From Candidatus Eiseniibacteriota bacterium (GTDB taxonomy: Bacteria; Eisenbacteria; RBG-16-71-46), in contig JANLWX010000015.1 of NCBI GenBank assembly GCA_031364845.1, positions 1 to 12,273 on the forward strand: a stretch of 12,273 nt of DNA, in the 5' to 3' direction. The notes under the pieces are model-generated. The model saw nothing but the letters and a program-made list of their open reading frames with translations, did no database searches and was not told where the DNA came from. Shown here piece after piece: positions 6,616 through 12,273 of this stretch. Position numbers and translations under genes: made by a program. How positions within the stretch are numbered: the stretch's first letter is position 1; every line of letters starts with the position of its first letter.

Positions 6616-9600
6616 TCAACGGGTCAGAACCAGGCGCCGCATGAAACGCCTTCCACCCGCCTCAAAACGCACGAAGTACACGCCCGCAGCGTGCATGGCG
6701 CCATCCCATCGGGCCTCATGCCGCCCCGCCTCGACGACCCCGTCCGCCAGAACCGACACTTCCCGGCCCTGAACGTCCACCACCGTCAGCCTGACCCGCG
6801 CCGCTTCCGGCAACGCATAGTGAATGCGCCCAGAATGACGGACCGGGTTGGGCGAAATTCCGCTGAGCGCGAACGCGAACACCGGACCGGTTTCGATCCC
6901 GGCGGTGGGTGCGCTGATGGTGAATGCCGCGTCGCTGAGGTCGGTCTTGATGTTCTCCGCGCGATCCCAGGCGCGCACCATGATCCAAGCGTCGTTGGTG
7001 GCGGTTCCGCTCGCCACCCACGCCATGCTCCCGGAGTTGGGCAGGCTGTCGGCCAGCACTTCGAATGGCCCGGCCGGGCCGGTACGGGACAACAACACGT
7101 CGACACGATCCACGGCCACATTGTCGACCGCGTTCCACGCGATCGAGACGTCCGCCCCCGCAGCCAGCGTCTCACCGCCGTTCGGAGAGAGCACCACGAC
7201 GTTCGGAAGCGTGTTCTCGACGAACCGTGCGGTGATGGTCTTGGCCCGGGTCATCGGGATCACCAGCGGATTCAAGGTGGACGTCGTGTCCCCCTCCCAC
7301 CCCGCGAAACGGAAGCCGTTGCCGGCACTTGCGCTGATCGTGACCTGCGTTCCGTGGGTGTAGGACGTGTTGTTGGGCGACTTGCTCACATTGCCGGTGC
7401 CGATCTTGAGCAGCGTCAGCGCATAGGAGTTGATCGTGAAGTTCGCGGTGACGTTACGCGTGGCGGTGACCGTGACCGAAACGGGATTCGTCGAGCCTGA
7501 CGCGTGTCCGCTCCAGCTCGAGAACGTGTAGCCGATCGCGGGTACCGCCGTGAGCTGGACCACCGAACCATGGGGATACGCTGTCAGGTTCGGATTCTTC
7601 GTCACGCTGCCACTGCCCGCGGGCGACACCGTCGTATTCACGGCGTAGGTGTTGATCGCGAACGTCGCGGTGATGTTCTTGTTGGACGTCATCGTCACGG
7701 GGAGCGGACTCGTGCTGCCGCTCGCATCGCCACTCCACCCCGCGAACGTGTAGTTGGTGCCCGCGATTGCGGTGAGGTTCACGGTCTGTCCATGGGTGTA
7801 GGACGCCTGACTCGGCGACTTGACCACCGTCCCGGTCCCGACCGTGTTGACCGTGAGTGTGTAGGTGTTGATCGCGAACGTCGCGGTCACGGTCTTGTTG
7901 CCGTTCATCGTCACGGACACCGGACTCGTGGTGCCGTTCGCATCCCCGCCCCACGCCACGAGGTGATAGCCGACCGCCGGAACCGCGGTGAGCTCCACGA
8001 CGCTGCCATGGCTGTAGGTCGCCTGATCGGGATTCTTCGTGATGCTGCCGTTCGCTCCGCTCGAGGCGGTGAGCGTGTAGTTCTTGAGCGTGAAGGTCGC
8101 CGTCACGTTCCGCGGCCCGTTCATGACGACGCTGACCGGATTGGCAGTACCCGTCGCGTCTCCGCTCCATCCCGTGAAGTCCGATCCGACTGCCGGCGTG
8201 GCGGTGAGCTGCACCGACGAACCGTGGTTGTACTGCGGCAGATCGGGGCTGCGCGCGACCGTGCCCGAGCCGGTGCCCGCAAGCGTCACCTGCAGCGGAT
8301 ACTGATCGAGCACGAATGTGGCGGTGACGTTCTTCGTGCCATCGACCACGACATCGACCGGGCTCGTCAAACCACTCACACTCCCGCTCCACGCGCTGAA
8401 CTTCCAGCCCGCGACCGGTATCGCCGAGAGCTGCACCGTCGTTCCGTGATCGTAGAGTGCCAGGTTCGGGCTCTTCGCCACCGATCCGCTGCCGCTCACG
8501 CTGACGTTCACGGCGTAAGTGTTGATCGCGAACGTGGCGGTCACGCTCTTCGGTCCGTCGATCAGCACGCTGACCGGGTTCGCACTTCCGGTCACCGCGC
8601 CGCTCCAGGCCACGAGGTGCCAGCCGGTCGCGGGATTCGCCTGGAGGTCGACGGTCTCGCCGTAATCGTAGAGCGGCTGATTCGGGTTCTTGGACACGGA
8701 CCCGCTGCCGCTGACCGAGACCGTGAGGGGATGCGTGTCGATCGCGAACACGGCGGTCACCGACCGCGCGCGGTCCATCACGACGTTGACCGGATTGGCG
8801 GTGCCCGAAGCATCTCCGCTCCAGGAGTTGAAATGCCAGCCCGTGGCAGGAACCGCCGTGAGCGCCACCGTGGTTCCATGAGCATAGAGCGGCTGAGCGG
8901 GATTGCGAGTGACCGAACCGCTGCCGGTGGCCCCGGCGGTCAGGGCATAGGTGTTGATCGCGAACGTCGCGGTGACGCTGCGGGCTCCGTTCATGATCAC
9001 GTTCGTCGGACTCACCGTGCCGCTCGCATCCCCGCTCCATGACACGAAGTGCCAGCCCACGGCGGGAACGGCCGTCAACTGGACCGACGTACCGTGGTCG
9101 TAGAGCGGCTGATCCGGCGTCCGCGTCACCGTGCCCTGCCCGCTGGTCGCGACCGCGAGGGCATAGGTGTTGATGGCATAGGTCGCGGTCACTGCCCGCG
9201 GGCCGTTCATCACGACGCTGGTCGGACTCACGGTGCCGCTCGCATCCCCGCTCCACGACACGAAGTGCCAGCCCACGGCGGGTGCGGCCGTCAGTTGAAC
9301 CGTGGTGCCGTGATCGTAGAGCGCGAGGTCCGGGCTGCGCGCCACGCCACCCTGTCCCACCACGGTCGTGCTCAGGGCATACGTGTTGATCGCGAAATTC
9401 GCCGTCACGGATTGGGGACCGTTCATCACGACGCTGGTCGGGCTCGTGGACCCGCTCGCGGCCCCGCTCCATGATGCGAGGTGCCAGCCCGCATCGGGCA
9501 CCGCGGTCAATTGAACCGTGGTCCCGTGATCGTAGGCCGCGAGGTTCGGACTGCGTGTCACCGATCCGCTTCCGCTGGTGGTGACGGTGATGGGATACGA

Positions 9601-12273
9601 GTCGATCGCGAAGTTCGCCGTGATCGCCTGATTCGTGTTCATCGTCACGGCGAGCGGGTTCGTCATGCCGCTCGCACTGCCGCTCCAACCGGTGAAGTGG
9701 TGGAACGCTTGCGGGGTGGCCGTCAGCGTCACCGTCGCACCGGGCACGAACACATCCTGATTCGGGCTCTTGGACACCGACCCATTGCCGGCCACCAACA
9801 CGTCGAGCCTTCTGCCGAACACGGCAGTCACGCTCTTCGATGTATCCATGAGCACGCTGGTCGGATTCGACGCACCGCTCGCGCTTCCGCCCCAGCCGAC
9901 GAAGTAAAAATCCGGATCCGGCACCGCAGTCAGCTGCACGCTGGTTCCATGGTCGTACAGCGGTTGATCCGGAAGCCGGGTCACACTTCCGAAACCGTTG
10001 GTCGACACCGACAAGGGATAGGTGTTGATTTCGAACGTCGCGGCCACGCTCTTCGCCGCGTCCATGAGCACCGTGATCGGGCTCACGGATCCCGAGGCTT
10101 CGTCGTTCCATTCCACGAAATGCCAGCCGACCGCCGGAATCGCGGTCAACTGAACGCTGGTGCCGTGGTCATAGGACGGCTGATCGGGGCTCTTCACCAC
10201 GGAACCCTGCCCATTCACCGACGTGCTCAAAACATAGGTGTTGATCGCGAAGCTTCCGGTCACGCTCTTCGGGCCGTCCATGAGCACGCTCACGGGGTTC
10301 GCCGTGCCCGTCGCGGCACCGCTCCACGAAACGAAATGCCATCCGGTCGCGGGAACCGCGCCGACCTGAACCGTGGTGCCGTAGTCGTAGGCCGCCTGAT
10401 CCGGCGTGCGCGTCACCGATCCGTTGCCGGCCGCATTCACGGTGAGGGGGTAGGTATCGATCGCGAACGCCGCGGTCACGCTGCGAGCGCCGTTCATGAG
10501 GATCGAGGCGGGGCTCACGGTGCCGCTCGCATCTCCGCTCCATCCGACGAAGTGCCAGCCCACAGCGGGAACCGCCGTGACCTGAACCGTCGAGCCGTGG
10601 TCGTAGAGCGGTTGGCTTGGACTCCGGGTCACGCTGCCCTGACCGGTGACGCTCGTGGCGAGGGCGTAAGTGTTGATTGCAAACGTGGCGGTCACCGTCT
10701 TCGCGCTGTCCATGAGCACGCTGGCGGTGGCCAGAGTTCCGCTCGCAGCACCACTCCACCCGACGAAATGCCAGCCCACCGCCGCGGTCGCCGTCACATC
10801 GACCGTGGTCCCGTGATCGTAGGCGGGAAGGTCCGGGCTGCGCGACACCGATCCCTGTCCGACGGTGTTCGCGGTGAGCGCATAGGTGTTGATCGCGAAG
10901 GTCGCCGTGATCGATTGATTCGAGGTCACCGCGATCGTGAGCGGATTCACGGCCCCGCTCGCGGTCCCGCCCCACTGGGTGAAATGCCAGCCGGTCGCTG
11001 GGACTGCGGTCAACTCGACTTGCGTGCCGTGATCGTACCAGGGCTGATTCGGCACCCGCGTCACCGATCCGCTCCCGGTGGTCGAGATCGCAAGCGAATA
11101 GCGGTTGAGGACGAACCGCGCGACGATCGAGTGATCGCTCGTCATGGTCACGACCAGCGGATTCGCGGTGCCGGTCTGCGTTCCCGTCCACTCGAGGAAG
11201 TGGTAGCCGATCAAAGATTGCGCGGTGAGCGTGACCGTCGAGCCGTGCGGATACGAGACGAGTTCCGGATCGACCTGAACCAGCCCCGACCCTTCGGTGT
11301 CGACGGCGAGCGAGTAACGATTCACCTCGAAAGTCGCGGTGATGTTCTGAGGACCGCTCATGGTGACGGCGAGCGGGTTGGCGGTGCCGGTGGCATCGCC
11401 ACTCCAGCCGACGAGGTGCGATCCCTCGGGCGCGGTCGCCGTCAGCGTCACGACGGTTCCATGGGGATAGGTCGCGGCATTGGGATTCTTCACGACCGAT
11501 CCGGTGCCGAGAATGCTGACGGTGAGCGGATACGTGTTGATCGCGAATGTGGCGAAGACGGTCTTGGCGGCGTCCATCACCACGGTCGCGGGATTTTCGA
11601 CGCCGCTCACCGCACCCGACCACGCGACGAAGTGATGGCCGACGGCGGGGACCGCCGTGAGGGTCACCGAGGTTCCATGATCGTAGAGCGCCTGGTTCGG
11701 ATCGCGCGTGATGCTGCCGCTGCCGGAGACGTTCGAGGTCAGAGCATACGTGTTGATCGCGAACGTCGCGTTCAGGGTTCGATTCGACACCATGGTCAGC
11801 GACAGCGGATTCGACGCGGTGCTCGTGTCGCCGCTCCATCCCACGAAGTGCCATCCGGTCGCCGGCACCGCGACCACCGAAACCGCGGTGCCGTGATCGT
11901 AGGTCGCGAGATTCGGCGTGCGGTTGACCACTCCATTGCCCGTGGTCGTCGTCGTGAGGGTATAGGTGTTGATCGCGAACGAAGCGACCAGCGTGCGGTT
12001 CGACGCCATCGTGATCGCGAGCGGGTTCGCCGCCGTGGCCGTGTCCCCGCTCCAGCCGGTGAAGTGCCAGCCCACCGCCGGGGTTGCGGTCAGCGTCACG
12101 ACCGTGCCGTGATCGTAGGTCGCGGCGTTGGGACTCTTGGACACCGTGCCGTTGCCCGACGCCGTCGCCGACAGCGTGTACGTGTTGATCGCGAACGTCG
12201 CCGTGATGTTCCGATGGGCGTTCATCGTGACATCGAGCGGATTCGTCGAGCCGCTCGCATCGCCACTCCAGCC
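6616..12273 (-). CDS. InlB B-repeat (Listeria-Bacteroides repeat)-containing giant surface protein with T9SS type-A / FlgD-Ig-like C-terminal domain (>=1885 aa, 5' end outside the window)
   Basis: This is the 1869-aa ORF of the track. The frame stays open past the listed Met to the window edge (GWSGDASGSTNPLDVT-MNAHR...), so that Met is the conserved internal Met of a repeat and not the start. TGA stop at 6618-6616. Confidence 0.95.
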   Translation of the reverse strand, partial: GWSGDASGSTNPLDVTMNAHRNITATFAINTYTLSATASGNGTVSKSPNAATYDHGTVVTLTATPAVGWHFTGWSGDTATAANPLAITMASNRTLVASFAINTYTLTTTTTGNGVVNRTPNLATYDHGTAVSVVAVPATGWHFVGWSGDTSTASNPLSLTMVSNRTLNATFAINTYALTSNVSGSGSITRDPNQALYDHGTSVTLTAVPAVGHHFVAWSGAVSGVENPATVVMDAAKTVFATFAINTYPLTVSILGTGSVVKNPNAATYPHGTVVTLTATAPEGSHLVGWSGDATGTANPLAVTMSGPQNITATFEVNRYSLAVDTEGSGLVQVDPELVSYPHGSTVTLTAQSLIGYHFLEWTGTQTGTANPLVVTMTSDHSIVARFVLNRYSLAISTTGSGSVTRVPNQPWYDHGTQVELTAVPATGWHFTQWGGTASGAVNPLTIAVTSNQSITATFAINTYALTANTVGQGSVSRSPDLPAYDHGTTVDVTATAAVGWHFVGWSGAASGTLATASVLMDSAKTVTATFAINTYALATSVTGQGSVTRSPSQPLYDHGSTVQVTAVPAVGWHFVGWSGDASGTVSPASILMNGARSVTAAFAIDTYPLTVNAAGNGSVTRTPDQAAYDYGTTVQVGAVPATGWHFVSWSGAATGTANPVSVLMDGPKSVTGSFAINTYVLSTSVNGQGSVVKSPDQPSYDHGTSVQLTAIPAVGWHFVEWNDEASGSVSPITVLMDAAKSVAATFEINTYPLSVSTNGFGSVTRLPDQPLYDHGTSVQLTAVPDPDFYFVGWGGSASGASNPTSVLMDTSKSVTAVFGRRLDVLVAGNGSVSKSPNQDVFVPGATVTLTATPQAFHHFTGWSGSASGMTNPLAVTMNTNQAITANFAIDSYPITVTTSGSGSVTRSPNLAAYDHGTTVQLTAVPDAGWHLASWSGAASGSTSPTSVVMNGPQSVTANFAINTYALSTTVVGQGGVARSPDLALYDHGTTVQLTAAPAVGWHFVSWSGDASGTVSPTSVVMNGPRAVTATYAINTYALAVATSGQGTVTRTPDQPLYDHGTSVQLTAVPAVGWHFVSWSGDASGTVSPTNVIMNGARSVTATFAINTYALTAGATGSGSVTRNPAQPLYAHGTTVALTAVPATGWHFNSWSGDASGTANPVNVVMDRARSVTAVFAIDTHPLTVSVSGSGSVSKNPNQPLYDYGETVDLQANPATGWHLVAWSGAVTGSANPVSVLIDGPKSVTATFAINTYAVNVSVSGSGSVAKSPNLALYDHGTTVQLSAIPVAGWKFSAWSGSVSGLTSPVDVVVDGTKNVTATFVLDQYPLQVTLAGTGSGTVARSPDLPQYNHGSSVQLTATPAVGSDFTGWSGDATGTANPVSVVMNGPRNVTATFTLKNYTLTASSGANGSITKNPDQATYSHGSVVELTAVPAVGYHLVAWGGDANGTTSPVSVTMNGNKTVTATFAINTYTLTVNTVGTGTVVKSPSQASYTHGQTVNLTAIAGTNYTFAGWSGDASGSTSPLPVTMTSNKNITATFAINTYAVNTTVSPAGSGSVTKNPNLTAYPHGSVVQLTAVPAIGYTFSSWSGHASGSTNPVSVTVTATRNVTANFTINSYALTLLKIGTGNVSKSPNNTSYTHGTQVTISASAGNGFRFAGWEGDTTSTLNPLVIPMTRAKTITARFVENTLPNVVVLSPNGGETLAAGADVSIAWNAVDNVAVDRVDVLLSRTGPAGPFEVLADSLPNSGSMAWVASGTATNDAWIMVRAWDRAENIKTDLSDAAFTISAPTAGIETGPVFAFALSGISPNPVRHSGRIHYALPEAARVRLTVVDVQGREVSVLADGVVEAGRHEARWDGAMHAAGVYFVRFEAGGRRFMRRLVLTR
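6619..6873 (-). other. T9SS type-A sorting domain-like / FlgD-Ig-like C-terminal tail of gene A
   Basis: FALSGISPNPVRHSGRIHYALPEAARVRLTVVDVQGREVSVLADGVVEAGRHEARWDGAMHAAGVYFVRFEAGGRRFMRRLVLTR contains the PNP, DxxGR, GxYFV and terminal basic-hydrophobic (RLVLTR) motifs of Por secretion tails. Confidence 0.85.
6913..7221 (-). other. Ig-like domain (SPNGGE type) between the repeat array and the C-terminal domain
   Basis: PNVVVLSPNGGETLAAGADVSIAWNAVDNVAVDRVDVLLS...NSGSMAW...VRAWDRAEN...DLSDAAFTI. Confidence 0.7.
7222..12273 (-). repeat. Coding tandem array: 23 complete plus 1 partial ~72-aa (216-nt) InlB B-repeat-like units
   Basis: Consensus AINTYxLxxxxxGxGSVxRxPxQxxYDHGTxVxLTAxPAxGWHFxxWSGxASGxxNPxxVxMxxxKxVTATF. 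Complete units span 12192-7222: twenty of 72 aa, one of 69 aa (unit 12) and two of 74 aa (units 19 and 22). These lengths plus the 201-aa tail sum to the ORF length. Confidence 0.93.

Noticed and set aside
9005..9282. Template/variable repeat pair of a diversity-generating retroelement
   Set aside because: The two mismatches are synonymous, both copies lie in frame within one repeat array, and no reverse transcriptase gene is present in the window.
6328..9474. + strand ORFs 6328-7500, 7504-9042, 9049-9474 and small ORFs across the intergenic region
   Set aside because: Mostly antisense to gene A in codon register or spanning the promoter region. Low-complexity Arg-rich translations with no supporting features.
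7454..11854. Long same-strand alternate-frame ORFs (885 aa at 7454-10111 and 561 aa at 10169-11854) suggesting an overlapping gene or programmed frameshift
   Set aside because: In this frame the first codon position is the G/C-rich third position of gene A codons, so stops are rare. The products are Arg-rich echoes of the 72-aa period, and no slippery site or start signal was seen.
12223..12225. ATG given as the start of the 1869-aa ORF
   Set aside because: It is the conserved Met inside a repeat unit. The frame is open to the window edge and there is no signal peptide or SD here.
7222..12273. Regular DNA periodicity (recurring GTGTTGATCGCGAA, GTGCCAGCC) resembling a CRISPR or non-coding repeat array
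   Set aside because: The period is 216 nt, in frame, and varies mainly at synonymous positions. It is a protein domain repeat, with no identical repeats separated by unique spacers and no cas genes.

Overview
GC-rich (roughly two-thirds G+C by eye) bacterial window occupied almost entirely by two very large, co-oriented minus-strand genes for secreted/surface proteins, both truncated by the window edges and separated by a 317-bp intergenic region (6299-6615). Gene A (>12273 to 6616, at least 1885 aa) is a tandem array of 23 complete (plus one partial) ~72-aa InlB B-repeat-like (Listeria-Bacteroides repeat / Flg_new-like) domains, then an 'SPNGGE' Ig-like domain and a T9SS type-A / FlgD-Ig-like C-terminal sorting domain. 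Gene B (6298 to <2, at least 2099 aa) is missing from the supplied ORF track because it has no stop inside the window. It starts at a GTG with a Shine-Dalgarno site and a Sec signal peptide. It is a mosaic of a G/T/S-rich beta-solenoid-like region, two InlB-B-type repeats, a NIDO-like domain, a parallel beta-helix module ending in a PDIGADE motif, a CARDB-like Ig domain and the start of a second beta-helix module. The intergenic region holds a plausible sigma70 promoter (TTGAAC-N17-TAGACT), several hairpins and an exact 14-bp direct repeat. All other ORFs in the track look like antisense or off-frame shadows. No RNA gene, mobile element or CRISPR array is evident. The most notable point is T9SS-type cargo in a GC-rich host whose expression signals do not look like Bacteroidota. 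I cannot support a claim of a wholly new system from this window alone. Domain names come from motif recognition by eye, not from HMM searches.
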